Shown here: in pieces, positions 1 to 10,013 of the stretch
How the letters are laid out: the number at the start of each line of letters is the position of its first letter
Position numbering within the stretch: the stretch's first letter is position 1
Source: a virus
Lineage: Duplodnaviria > Caudoviricetes
Virus record (IMG/VR): IMGVR_UViG_3300021197_000769
Span: 1 to 58,248 of that record
Length of the DNA stretch: 58,248 bases
Strand: one strand, 5' to 3'
Translations under genes and position numbers: made by a program
Notes under the pieces: model-generated
Seen by the model: only the letters and a program-made list of their open reading frames with translations
The model's database searches: none
What the model was told of the DNA's origin: nothing

Positions 1-4
1 TAAT

Positions 5-38
5 AAAACGCCAGTGAACTTAATCACTGGCGTTTTTT
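5..38. terminator. Bidirectional rho-independent terminator
   Basis: Perfect 13-bp stem AAAACGCCAGTGA / TCACTGGCGTTTT, 6-nt loop, A-run on the left and T-run on the right. Lies downstream of the last minus-strand gene (82) and, if the window circularises, of the last plus-strand gene (58230). Confidence 0.85.
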
Positions 39-81
39 AGTTAGAAGCCTTAGGTATGGTACGCCTATTGTATATGCTTCT

Positions 82-441
82 TTACTTACCGCATTCTTCG
101 CCGGTTGCTACATTTACCCAGTTTTCTTTTTCGAACCAGTCTCTTAGAGTAGCTCCTTTCTTTCTAGCCCCTTTAACATTGCTTCTATCAGATCTTTCTC
201 TCTTGCCGCTTTTACCTGCCGTACGCTTAGCTCTTATTACAGCGTCTTTTTCTTTTTTACTCATAGATGCTACTTTAGCCGCTGGTAAACAGGCTTTTGT
301 TGTTCCGCCGCCTTTTGTTTTACTTTTCATTTTAGGCCCACCTGCTTTCGTACATTTTACGCCATATCCTGATGCGTATGCACTTGGCCATACCTTATAC
401 TTTCTTTTTGCTGCTGCTTTACATGCTGGTGATATTTTCAT
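82..441 (-). CDS. Small basic (Lys-rich) phage protein
   Basis: 119-aa ORF co-directional with the late arm, ATG 9 nt after the giant gene's stop; KYKVWPSAYASG and LRDWF.E.WV motifs. Confidence 0.75.
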   Translation of the reverse strand: MKISPACKAAAKRKYKVWPSAYASGYGVKCTKAGGPKMKSKTKGGGTTKACLPAAKVASMSKKEKDAVIRAKRTAGKSGKRERSDRSNVKGARKKGATLRDWFEKENWVNVATGEECGK

Positions 442-449
442 AACTAATA

Positions 450-3400
450 TTACTTTATTTTTTTTGTTGTTACTTTTACTTTTTTTGATTGCATTTTTTT
501 CCCCCCTTTGCTAAAAAATTTAATCGATTTATCTTTCTTAGCCTTTTTTTCTGCCTCTTGCTCTTTCTTTGTTAACCCAAGTGACCACTTATCCCAGCCT
601 AGTACTAAACCTATTCTTTGATAAGTGTGCATGTCTTCAGTTATAGCAGCTTCAACATTTTGAGCTTTTCTAATTACCCTATCTAATGGAACATTTCCTA
701 CGGCTGCTACAGTGTTACCTACAGCTAAATAAGCTGGGTTTTGTATATCAAATCCCATTGTTTCCATTTTATCTTTATCCCATTCAAAAGCTTTACCAAC
801 TGATTTTATTTTGCTGTACTTAGAAGATATAGGTGGGGATATTTTTAATAGCTCATCAGCTACATTACTATATTTAGGTCTGTCTTTTTCGCTTTCTTTA
901 TAAATTTTAAGCCCTACATTTTTTATTGTAGATACTACAGCCCCGGCAATACCAGTACCTCTTAATATAGAATCTAGCATTGAGTTCGCAATATTGATAG
1001 TTTTGTCAGTTGTTAAACCTTCTTCGTCTTCATCATCAAATGCTAAGCCAATTAATGCTTGTTGTAAGGCGGTAAATATAAGGTTCTGTACAGCCATGTA
1101 ATAAACAATCTTAGATATATTTGTTTTAGCGTCCCCACGCCCATTCTTAAGGTCTAAGACGGCTTTTTTTGTTAATCTAGCATATTGAGATGGGGTATTT
1201 GCAAAAGCTAATATAATGCGTCCTAATGGACCCGCTTGTTGCTGACTAATTTTATCTGGCCGACTTGATTGCTGAGAATCTTCTGCAGCTTCTCTAAAAT
1301 CATCAAAAGCCATTTGTTCTGCTTCAGCTTGGCTTAGCGTATCATCAGCCTTCATTAATGAATTAATTCTATTTCTATAAAAAGTTGCGCCACCTGAAGA
1401 TATTGCAAAGCTATCAGCTATCTGCGTAGGTGTAAATCCAAGTTGTAGTAATCTTGCTATTACAGCTTTAGGCCCGCCTTTTTTAGCTAAGCTTGCTATT
1501 TCTGCCTCTTCTACTTCCATTTTAAGCCCACCTCTACGATCTACTAAGTAGTCAGAATTAAATAAATACTTAAAATCTTTCCAATATTGTTTTTGATTTG
1601 CGAATGCTTTCCCAGCCGCAATTGGGTTGTTATCTGACCAATTTATAAAGTTAATTGAAGATATTGTTTGCAGAATAGCAGATCTAGTATTGAAGAACAT
1701 AATAACACCAGTAGACGCATTAAGGTAATCCATAAACCTACCTGTTAATCTATCCATATTTGGAGATCTGTTTCTACCACTCTTCATTCTATCTAATGAA
1801 TTTTCAAGGGCTTCTCTATAGTTACTACCAAAAGCGGCTTGTAATTTATTAAGGTTATCACTTGAAAATATTTCATCAACATTATTTTGCCATACTTGTA
1901 AATATTTTGTTCTAGTATCTGTATTAAGAACCTCTAAAAGATCTGTGGTTATGGTTCCTGTGGTCCAACTTTTTTCTGGCTTAGCATATCCCTCATTTTT
2001 AGTAAGTGCTATCAATGTATTTGCAAATTGCTGAAGTTCAGGATTTTTATTCATAAACTCCCCAAGTTCTGCTTTATCTGAATCATTTATTCCAGGAATA
2101 GTATTGCCTTGCTTGGTCCATATGTGATACCGAACGGCTTGTTCTCTTGTAAAATCAGATCCTGGTATTTTTTTAGCTAAGTCTTTAGGTGTTATATCTA
2201 ACTTATCTACTAAAGCATTGTAGTTTTTCATCATAGATATTCTAGCAGCACTTATATTTCTCATTGCTGCCGCATAAGGATCTAACAAGTTTTCCTTGTA
2301 CCACGCCATTTGAGCATCTCCTACTTTGCCTTTACCTAAAGTTGTGTACAATAATCCTAAAAAATCTTCTGCACTAGGCGGTATAAAGAACTTAAACCTT
2401 CCTTTACCATCACCTCTTACTTTTGCTCTTGCTGCAGACACCTCTCTACTACTTGGTATACCTGTTTTGTTTTCTATTATGTCGTTAAACGTTTTATTAA
2501 GACTTTGTTTTTTGCTAAACTTTATTTGTTTGTCAACTTCGTCGTCATATATGGCTTCAGCATTATCAATAGTTTCTTGAACAGTAGGCTCACCCTCTAA
2601 TTGTGAATCTTTTGGTAAAGCTTTATTATTTCCTTCTGCTGCTTTCTCTTTGGATTTTTGTAATGCTTTTTCTTTTAATGACACCTTATTGCCAGAAGCA
2701 TCTATACCAATGTCTACAGCAAAGCTTTTACCATTTATATTTATTAATGTTGACGGGTCTATTCCCCCTTTTATTTTTGCAACTTCTGGATTAAAATACC
2801 TATCATACCAGTTTTTCCAGCCTTCTGGCATTAATAATTTAAACCCTGCAGCATTTACCTTATTATTACTATCCTCACTTAAAGCTATTATATTATAGTT
2901 GTCTTTTATTTTATTAAATTCCGTTTTAAAATCTTTTTTAGGATCTAATATAGATTCCATTAAATTAAGGTAAGCTAACTGAGATGGCACAGCGTGCTCA
3001 TAATATAATTTACCAGCGTTTAATTGATAGCCTGTTATAGGGGCCCCTATTCTATGGGGATTAGTAGACTCATTGATTGAGTTTTCTAAAAAGTACATTA
3101 TAGGAACAGCCATATTTTTGTCTTTGCTTATAATGTCATTTATGTCATTCCACATTTTGTCAAAAACTTTACTGTTCTTTTCGTTATACTTATCTATTTT
3201 ACCACTTTTTAAAGCTTTTTTAAATTTTTCTTCAGTAGACCCTATAGCTCTACTAGGGCCTGTTCTCCCAACTGTAACTCTTTTAGGTAAATTTAAAGCC
3301 GCTAACCTTTTTCTTAAATAATTAGATATAGCCTTGTCTCCGCCTAAAGCTTTTGACCTAAATTGTAGAACAGTTCTGTTTAAAAGCTTAAAGTCCTCTG

Positions 3401-6400
3401 TGTTAAAAATATTTATTAATGGAAGAACCATATTATTTATATAGTTGTCTACATCCTTTTCCGTTCTTATCTCTGTATAGTTTAAATTATACTTGTTTAA
3501 TAAGTCTTTGCTTGATTTACTAAACATTATGTCTGCTTTACCAGCAGCTATATCCTGTTTCTCTTGGACTGTAACATCACCATATTCTCTAATCAGTTGA
3601 TTTGCAGATAATCTAGCCATAAGGTTTATCATACCTTGTAGCGTCTTGCTTTCTCTACCTCTTCCTGACGCATCAACAGTAACCATTAAGTCACCATTTG
3701 CATCCATACCAAAAGCTCTTAGAACATCTGTTTTATCTAAACCTCTTTTTAATATAAATGGTGCTAACCCATTCTTCTTTGTGAACCTAGGATTCTTATT
3801 ATATAACTCTTGTAATATGTTATTAGGTAAGTTAGTAGCAGTTCCTTGTAATTCCTTGCTAGTTAAACCACCTGGAGGTATTGCACCCTTAGGCAATAGT
3901 TTTAATATTAGGTCAATGTTTTCATTAGCCCATGCTCTAGCCGAAGTGTAATCCGCTCTATTAAATACAGTTTTCTTATCGGATAACTTTTTAACCGATA
4001 TTTTTAGTTCTTCTGAAATAGGTTCCAAAACGGCTAGTAAGGCCGCATCGTTTTTTTTAACGCCTATCTTTGCAAAGGTTCTTTCCTTAGCCGGTATATC
4101 CTTAGTTACTTCTTCTATTGTATCGATTGTTTTGTTTAATGCAACTTCATCCGCAATAAATTCTTCAGCTGGTTTTATTAAATCTGCAACCCTAGCGTCT
4201 TCTTCTGCAATTTCTATTGCTGTGCTAGTGGATTCAAAAGGCAATACATCATCTGATGCAATACCTCGCATACCTTCACTTTCAATGTCTTTTGTAAAGT
4301 CTGTTCCTAATATTCTCTCCGATGCGGCTATTGCTCTTAATGGCAAATTTTTATTTATGTATGCTGCAAGCGGAACACCTGATTCAGGCTTGTAGGTTCT
4401 TATTAAATCTATTAAGCCTCCTTTACCTGTGTTTATTTCGTCAGTTAGCAATTGTCTATCAAACCCAGGAGCATTCTCCCTTTTGTTAACAAGCCCGGCA
4501 ACCATGCCTCCAAACTGTTGTATTATTTCAAAGCTTCCATCAACACCTTTTTCTTCGTATATTTTTTGTACTTTTTCAGATGCCGCTTTTCCTGCCTCTG
4601 TTACAGGCTTAGCTCCCTCTTTTGCTTTTGGCTTAGCCTTAACCTCCGTAGGTCCTTGCTCTTCTATCTGCTTAATTTTAGCTTCTAGTACTGCTTCTTG
4701 AGATTCAAACTCTTCAAAGCTTATTTCACCAGCATTTCTTTTATCAAATAGGTCATCTATTTGCTTGCCAATTTTATTGATTTCAGATTTTTGAGCAGAG
4801 GTTAATGCTTTTGAAAACTTTATTTTGTCTTTGCTTTTAGGCTTTTTAATGCCTGCAAGTTTCTTTTGGGATTTAGTTAATTTACCTTTTTTAATACTTT
4901 TGTTGTAGTCTTTTACAAAATTTAATACGTCTTGGCCTGTATCAAATTTTATCTTAACACCCATTTTTTGTAATATCTCTCTTAAAATATTACCTATTTT
5001 AGCTAAAGTACTTTCATTAATGTTAAAAGTACCCTCAGCTAAAGCGTCCGATGTTAATGTTAATATTTCTTCCCACTCTACATCAAAGTCACCCGAAGTT
5101 AGTATCTTATCAACGACCGCATCCCATCCTTCAGGGTTTACGAGTTCATTTGTTTTTTTGTTTTTTACATATTGGCTTATTCTTTTCCCAAGCTTACTAG
5201 TCTTCATTTGCTCAGGATTAGAATCGTATAAGAACTTAAATAATTTCTTGCCTAGTTCGGCGCTTTGGCCCTTTTTTGTAAAAGACTTAGCAAGTAAAGC
5301 GTGTAAAAATTCGTGTGCAGCAACATTAACGTCTTCCGCTACTGCTGAAGCGTCTTTATTAATTACTATTACATTAGATCCATCTTTAAGTGTTATAAGA
5401 AAGCCCTGTGCTTCTCCAACAGAGTCTATCATTCTTTCTCCCTCTTTCGCTTCCTCTTTATCTTTAAATGGTTGCCTTTTACCTTCCTTAATTAAGTTCT
5501 CAACATAGCTTCGTACTTCTTCCCCTGTTTGGAATGTTTTAACTTCTGTATTTTCAAATCCTTCTGTTAATTTTTCAACTGTTTCTAAAGTTTCTTCAAA
5601 CCCGCCTAAATCGTTAATTGTTTCATTTAGTGCATCAATCTTTTTTTCTAGCTTAGTAATCTCTTCAGGATCAGTTGCTTCTTCAATATCAAATTTGTAG
5701 TCTTCTCTTTCCTCAATCAATTCATTGATTTTTGCTCTATTATCTGCTTGTTCAGCAACTCCACCATCTATTAAATCCCCTCCTAAAAACACATTTCTAG
5801 TAACTTCTTCCCCATCTACAATTATGGTTTTCTTAGAAGATGGCTTAACTTTTTTCAATGCCTCAGGAATGTCACCATCTATTACAATCTTTTGATTCCT
5901 ATTCAACGTCGGCTTTTTAAATTCCCCCTCAAAAATAGGTCTTGCTTCTATCAACGCTAAAAATTTACTTTTATCCCCTGATACTTTGTCTAGTTTAGAT
6001 TGTAAATTTTCTACTGTTTCTTTAGTATTGCCCCTTGCTTCAAGAGCTTTTTCTAAAATAGCCTCCTGTGCAGTTAAATCAAGTATTGTTCTATTTTCAG
6101 CGGCAGTTGCTTTAGTAGCAATAGTTTCTGCTGTTTCAAAAGTATTTATAAACTCTTCTGTTAGTAAATTTATTTGCTCCTTAACATTTTTTGAATCAAA
6201 CCCAGGTTGGTTAGCATTTGCTTGTGACAATAAATTTTCAACGGTTTTGTTAATTCTATTTATATTTTTTAATTCATTATTTTTTAAATATAAATATTGT
6301 GCCCCTGGAATAGTTGCAAATGTTGCAGATGTTGGCAATGACGCCGAAGCTTCAATAGCCCCCTGCCTAGCGGCCTTAGTAAAGTCCAATTCTTTACCTT

Positions 6401-8255
6401 TTGCCCAATCGTCAATTAAGCTTTCTGAACCCCCTTGAAAAAGTTCAGTACCGGGCTCTACAAAAATTGCATTTACAGCATCTTTCCCAAGCTGTCTTTT
6501 TAGTCCCGGATCTATTCTAATGCCTTGTCTTGTTGCTGCAGAAATAGTTTTGTTAACCGAACCAAGGCTACCTTTTATCATTTTGCCAAATTGGAATGTA
6601 TCAACCAAACCAAGTGTTCCTACCAAGCCAGATGCAACTCCGGCGCGGCCTTTGCTAACACCTTCTTTTCTAAGATTGTAATATGTTTCTTTCTGAAGAG
6701 CATTAGCAACTATGTATTTACCCGCCACTGGTATTGCCGCCGCAGCCATATACGAAGCAGATTCAAAGCCTAGCTTTGCTGCACCATTTATAAATCCAGT
6801 AATATCTCCATTTGCTAGCCTATCAATAACATCCTCTGTTTTATATAATTGAGGCCCACTTATTGCCTTTGAAGTTCTGTCTAGCTCGTCATAGTATCTT
6901 CTTAAAAATACGTCGTCTATGTCTTCCCCTGTTTTTTTTGATTCTTTTTTTGCTGTAGCGTAAGCGTTTTTTGCAGAAATTGTTACCATTCCTGCACCAC
7001 CAATTGGGGCAGCTTCAAATGAGCCTAAAACACCCGATACCTGTTCCGCATCTAAAAACCAGTCTAAACCCTCCGCTGCAAGCATTTTTAGACCTTTACT
7101 AAAAACATTGTAAAATCCTGCCGCACTTGCTCTTGCACTTCTAGTATATTCACCAGTCTCGGCGGCTTCAATTTGTTGGTTATTTATAGCTTGTAAATAC
7201 TCGTCGTTTTTTATATTTAGTTTAACAGAACCTTCCCCATTTAATATATCTTCATATTTATTTGATCCTAAAAATTTTTCCATTTCAGAACGAGGCACAG
7301 CTTTATTATCTATATAATATTCTGCTCCAGCTTCGTAAAAATCAACATCTGTATTTTTCTTTATTAAGTCTGCTTTTAATTTTTCTATTGTTTTTATTTG
7401 GCCCTCTAAATTAGTTCTTTCAGGGCTATCAAGCGGGTTTGCAAAATCAGCCACTCCTATTGGTCTAAATGTAGCTTTAGGCGTAGGTAGGTTTTCTATT
7501 TCTTCTTTTAGCTTTGCTATACGCTCATCAAAGGCCTGCAGCTGTTCTGGAGTGGTTCTTTTAATATCTCCAAGTACCTCTTTTCTACCGGGTACAAGGT
7601 TTATGTTAGATTCCCTCCACTCTGTTATGTTGTTGCCATATTTAGCATTAAGATTAGTAAACTTTTCTGCATTTTCATTTAATATTTTTAGCTCTTTGTT
7701 CACCTCTTCCCGCATTGTATCATCAACGGATTCAGGATTTGCATTGGCGGCAAAGTTTAAAGCATCGAGTGCTGCTCTAGCGGCATTGGCTTTTTTAGCA
7801 TAAGAGCTTAAGCTATCTTGTGCTCGGAAAAATTCATCATTTATCAATGCTATCTCACTAACCTCCTTATCTGGATCTAATGCCCTATCAATAGCTAATT
7901 GTCTTTTTTGCTCTGGTGATATTGTAGACGGATCCACGATAACCTTTGGGGTTACTGGTTCTATTTTCGGTTCTAAATTTATTTTAAACTGAACTTTTGG
8001 ATCATACTTATCTTCATTATCCTCTTCTTGTGGCGCTAAAGGTCCAACCCCAGATGCTGAAACTTCTTCCGTTGCTGTGGCCACATCTTCCTCCACAACA
8101 ACATCTTTCTTTCCCGGCTTTTCAACTGCAAATTTCTCAAAAAAACTTTTAGCCATTGCATCTATATCCTCTTCGGAATATCCTTGTTCGTACATTAGCT
8201 TGGAATTGGCGTTAAGCCTATTTAGCATTTCAGGTGTTAATTCTTTATCGTTCAT
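450..8255 (-). CDS. Giant internal virion/ejection protein, polyvalent-type: zincin peptidase + sigma70-like + HNH-like + membrane-associated C-terminal domain
   Basis: 2601 aa; last and largest of three genes after the tail genes (T7 gp14/15/16-like order). HEFLH at 5301-5315, sigma region 2-like 4305-4532, region 4-like 3978-4118, EHAVP..N..N at ~2860-2999, hydrophobic helices near the C-terminus. Confidence 0.8.
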   Translation of the reverse strand: MNDKELTPEMLNRLNANSKLMYEQGYSEEDIDAMAKSFFEKFAVEKPGKKDVVVEEDVATATEEVSASGVGPLAPQEEDNEDKYDPKVQFKINLEPKIEPVTPKVIVDPSTISPEQKRQLAIDRALDPDKEVSEIALINDEFFRAQDSLSSYAKKANAARAALDALNFAANANPESVDDTMREEVNKELKILNENAEKFTNLNAKYGNNITEWRESNINLVPGRKEVLGDIKRTTPEQLQAFDERIAKLKEEIENLPTPKATFRPIGVADFANPLDSPERTNLEGQIKTIEKLKADLIKKNTDVDFYEAGAEYYIDNKAVPRSEMEKFLGSNKYEDILNGEGSVKLNIKNDEYLQAINNQQIEAAETGEYTRSARASAAGFYNVFSKGLKMLAAEGLDWFLDAEQVSGVLGSFEAAPIGGAGMVTISAKNAYATAKKESKKTGEDIDDVFLRRYYDELDRTSKAISGPQLYKTEDVIDRLANGDITGFINGAAKLGFESASYMAAAAIPVAGKYIVANALQKETYYNLRKEGVSKGRAGVASGLVGTLGLVDTFQFGKMIKGSLGSVNKTISAATRQGIRIDPGLKRQLGKDAVNAIFVEPGTELFQGGSESLIDDWAKGKELDFTKAARQGAIEASASLPTSATFATIPGAQYLYLKNNELKNINRINKTVENLLSQANANQPGFDSKNVKEQINLLTEEFINTFETAETIATKATAAENRTILDLTAQEAILEKALEARGNTKETVENLQSKLDKVSGDKSKFLALIEARPIFEGEFKKPTLNRNQKIVIDGDIPEALKKVKPSSKKTIIVDGEEVTRNVFLGGDLIDGGVAEQADNRAKINELIEEREDYKFDIEEATDPEEITKLEKKIDALNETINDLGGFEETLETVEKLTEGFENTEVKTFQTGEEVRSYVENLIKEGKRQPFKDKEEAKEGERMIDSVGEAQGFLITLKDGSNVIVINKDASAVAEDVNVAAHEFLHALLAKSFTKKGQSAELGKKLFKFLYDSNPEQMKTSKLGKRISQYVKNKKTNELVNPEGWDAVVDKILTSGDFDVEWEEILTLTSDALAEGTFNINESTLAKIGNILREILQKMGVKIKFDTGQDVLNFVKDYNKSIKKGKLTKSQKKLAGIKKPKSKDKIKFSKALTSAQKSEINKIGKQIDDLFDKRNAGEISFEEFESQEAVLEAKIKQIEEQGPTEVKAKPKAKEGAKPVTEAGKAASEKVQKIYEEKGVDGSFEIIQQFGGMVAGLVNKRENAPGFDRQLLTDEINTGKGGLIDLIRTYKPESGVPLAAYINKNLPLRAIAASERILGTDFTKDIESEGMRGIASDDVLPFESTSTAIEIAEEDARVADLIKPAEEFIADEVALNKTIDTIEEVTKDIPAKERTFAKIGVKKNDAALLAVLEPISEELKISVKKLSDKKTVFNRADYTSARAWANENIDLILKLLPKGAIPPGGLTSKELQGTATNLPNNILQELYNKNPRFTKKNGLAPFILKRGLDKTDVLRAFGMDANGDLMVTVDASGRGRESKTLQGMINLMARLSANQLIREYGDVTVQEKQDIAAGKADIMFSKSSKDLLNKYNLNYTEIRTEKDVDNYINNMVLPLINIFNTEDFKLLNRTVLQFRSKALGGDKAISNYLRKRLAALNLPKRVTVGRTGPSRAIGSTEEKFKKALKSGKIDKYNEKNSKVFDKMWNDINDIISKDKNMAVPIMYFLENSINESTNPHRIGAPITGYQLNAGKLYYEHAVPSQLAYLNLMESILDPKKDFKTEFNKIKDNYNIIALSEDSNNKVNAAGFKLLMPEGWKNWYDRYFNPEVAKIKGGIDPSTLININGKSFAVDIGIDASGNKVSLKEKALQKSKEKAAEGNNKALPKDSQLEGEPTVQETIDNAEAIYDDEVDKQIKFSKKQSLNKTFNDIIENKTGIPSSREVSAARAKVRGDGKGRFKFFIPPSAEDFLGLLYTTLGKGKVGDAQMAWYKENLLDPYAAAMRNISAARISMMKNYNALVDKLDITPKDLAKKIPGSDFTREQAVRYHIWTKQGNTIPGINDSDKAELGEFMNKNPELQQFANTLIALTKNEGYAKPEKSWTTGTITTDLLEVLNTDTRTKYLQVWQNNVDEIFSSDNLNKLQAAFGSNYREALENSLDRMKSGRNRSPNMDRLTGRFMDYLNASTGVIMFFNTRSAILQTISSINFINWSDNNPIAAGKAFANQKQYWKDFKYLFNSDYLVDRRGGLKMEVEEAEIASLAKKGGPKAVIARLLQLGFTPTQIADSFAISSGGATFYRNRINSLMKADDTLSQAEAEQMAFDDFREAAEDSQQSSRPDKISQQQAGPLGRIILAFANTPSQYARLTKKAVLDLKNGRGDAKTNISKIVYYMAVQNLIFTALQQALIGLAFDDEDEEGLTTDKTINIANSMLDSILRGTGIAGAVVSTIKNVGLKIYKESEKDRPKYSNVADELLKISPPISSKYSKIKSVGKAFEWDKDKMETMGFDIQNPAYLAVGNTVAAVGNVPLDRVIRKAQNVEAAITEDMHTYQRIGLVLGWDKWSLGLTKKEQEAEKKAKKDKSIKFFSKGGKKMQSKKVKVTTKKIK

Positions 8256-8261
8256 TTTTTA

Positions 8262-9995
8262 TTAAATTAAAGGCCCAAACCCAGATTGTAAAATAACTTT
8301 TCCATTTTTATCAAATCTTATTGGTGCTGGCTTAGATACTGTCCTAACTTCTATTGGTACGAATTTTTCTTCTAAGTAAGTTTTTATCTTATCCATATCA
8401 TTAAATATATCGTATCCTTCATCTAATATTGGAACATAATCTTTAAACATTGTTTCTTCACCGTCTTCTACTTCTTTTCTTAGTTGTTCTCTAACAGGGT
8501 AAAATTTACCATCTTTTATTTCAAAGTTAATATTTGGCGTAATTAAACCACCCATTTCTTTTCTAAATGCATCTATTATATCCTTCTCATCTATATCTGA
8601 TGCTTTAATTGGAATGCCACTTTTGCCAGGTTTTGTTTTTCGTATTTTAGCAACATTGGATTCTAAATTTTCAAATGCTCTATCAATCTGGCCTTGTATT
8701 TGATTAGCTTTTAATTGTATGTCTCTAGGTTTATCAGCTTTGGTATCGCTAGCCATAGATTTTCTAAGCCTTTCAGTTGCGGCAGCATCAATTTCTCTTT
8801 TAGGGTCACTAAATGCGCCGGCCCCATTGGCAGATATCTCATGTACCATTCGCATAAAACCATCATATTCGTCGTCACTTAAAAAAGCTGTGCTTGGTGA
8901 ATTATTTTCTGTGTCCATAATAAATTCTCCAAATTCGTTAGTGATAGGGGTTACTTTATCTTCCCGCTCTGCTTTGCCCTCTGCATTCTTATATATAGAT
9001 CCATCTTTATTTCTTTTAAAAAATCTATATCCAACAGCATCGCTACCCGGAATTTTTTCTCCTATACCCTCCTCTTGGAGTAAATCTAGCATTGATTCCA
9101 CTCCATTTTTTATAATTAACTCGCCATACTCTGTTGCAGCGGGTTCAACAGAAGAATACAGCTTATCTGAATCAATACTTTCTATATTATATATGGAGCT
9201 TGCAACATTTTCAGTTGATTCTTTTATAAACATGTCAGCAGGAGTATTATTGGCCTTTAAAACATCTATCCCCTTTAAAATTTCTTGTGTACCCCCGATA
9301 ACATCAGGATTTATCCTGTAGCTTTGTCTATTAAATTTTGTTTCAGGGTTTTCGCCCCCTAAAAAATTAGCGTAATCTCTTATTGTAACTCCATCTTTTT
9401 TACGCTCAAGGTAGTCATGGTATTCTCCATCATCGCCTAACTCAACTCCATAACTTTTTTCCCATCCAGTTCCAGAGGAGTATGCTTCTAAAAAATTGCC
9501 TGTTGCAGAGGCAGGAGAGATTTGATTTGGTTTTGATCCAACCCCCTTTGATAGATCATTATTTATTTGTTCGTCCGAGGCCTCTAAGTTAGCTAAACTT
9601 GTTTGAAGTCCATTAAAATACTGTTGCCCCGCAGCAACTAATCTAGTTTCTTTGTTATATTCCTCCGTTCCAGTCTCTAATCCCCCTGGTAGGGTTCTTA
9701 TTCTTCCATTAGCGGTTTGCATGGAAACAAATTTAGTAGCGTCCGTAACGCTTTGAGCATTAAGGGAACTATTTTCAATATTTGAATTTCCAATAGAAAG
9801 GCGTTTAGCCTCCTCTGTATGAATTTTTCTTATAGCCTTATCAGTCTCTTCTTTTTGTTTAGCTCTTTTTTCGGATTGTTTTAATGAGGCTTGCAAAATT
9901 TTATTAAAATTAGCAGAAAGTCTATCTGTTGTAGCCCTAGATATTTTACCCGATTGTGTATCAACTAATGATGCTGGTTTTCTATATGTACCCAT
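8262..9995 (-). CDS. Putative internal virion (ejection) protein
   Basis: 577-aa hydrophilic ORF between the Ala/Gln-rich gene and the giant gene; function is positional inference only. Confidence 0.6.
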   Translation of the reverse strand: MGTYRKPASLVDTQSGKISRATTDRLSANFNKILQASLKQSEKRAKQKEETDKAIRKIHTEEAKRLSIGNSNIENSSLNAQSVTDATKFVSMQTANGRIRTLPGGLETGTEEYNKETRLVAAGQQYFNGLQTSLANLEASDEQINNDLSKGVGSKPNQISPASATGNFLEAYSSGTGWEKSYGVELGDDGEYHDYLERKKDGVTIRDYANFLGGENPETKFNRQSYRINPDVIGGTQEILKGIDVLKANNTPADMFIKESTENVASSIYNIESIDSDKLYSSVEPAATEYGELIIKNGVESMLDLLQEEGIGEKIPGSDAVGYRFFKRNKDGSIYKNAEGKAEREDKVTPITNEFGEFIMDTENNSPSTAFLSDDEYDGFMRMVHEISANGAGAFSDPKREIDAAATERLRKSMASDTKADKPRDIQLKANQIQGQIDRAFENLESNVAKIRKTKPGKSGIPIKASDIDEKDIIDAFRKEMGGLITPNINFEIKDGKFYPVREQLRKEVEDGEETMFKDYVPILDEGYDIFNDMDKIKTYLEEKFVPIEVRTVSKPAPIRFDKNGKVILQSGFGPLI

Positions 9996-10013
9996 GTTCC
10001 TTTATTATTTTTA

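Noticed and set aside
450-8255. Giant protein as a crAss/N4-type virion RNA polymerase
   Set aside because: No DxDxD catalytic motif found by eye (closest is GDFDVE inside the peptidase region) and no single-subunit RNAP motifs; the recognisable parts are peptidase, sigma-like and HNH-like.
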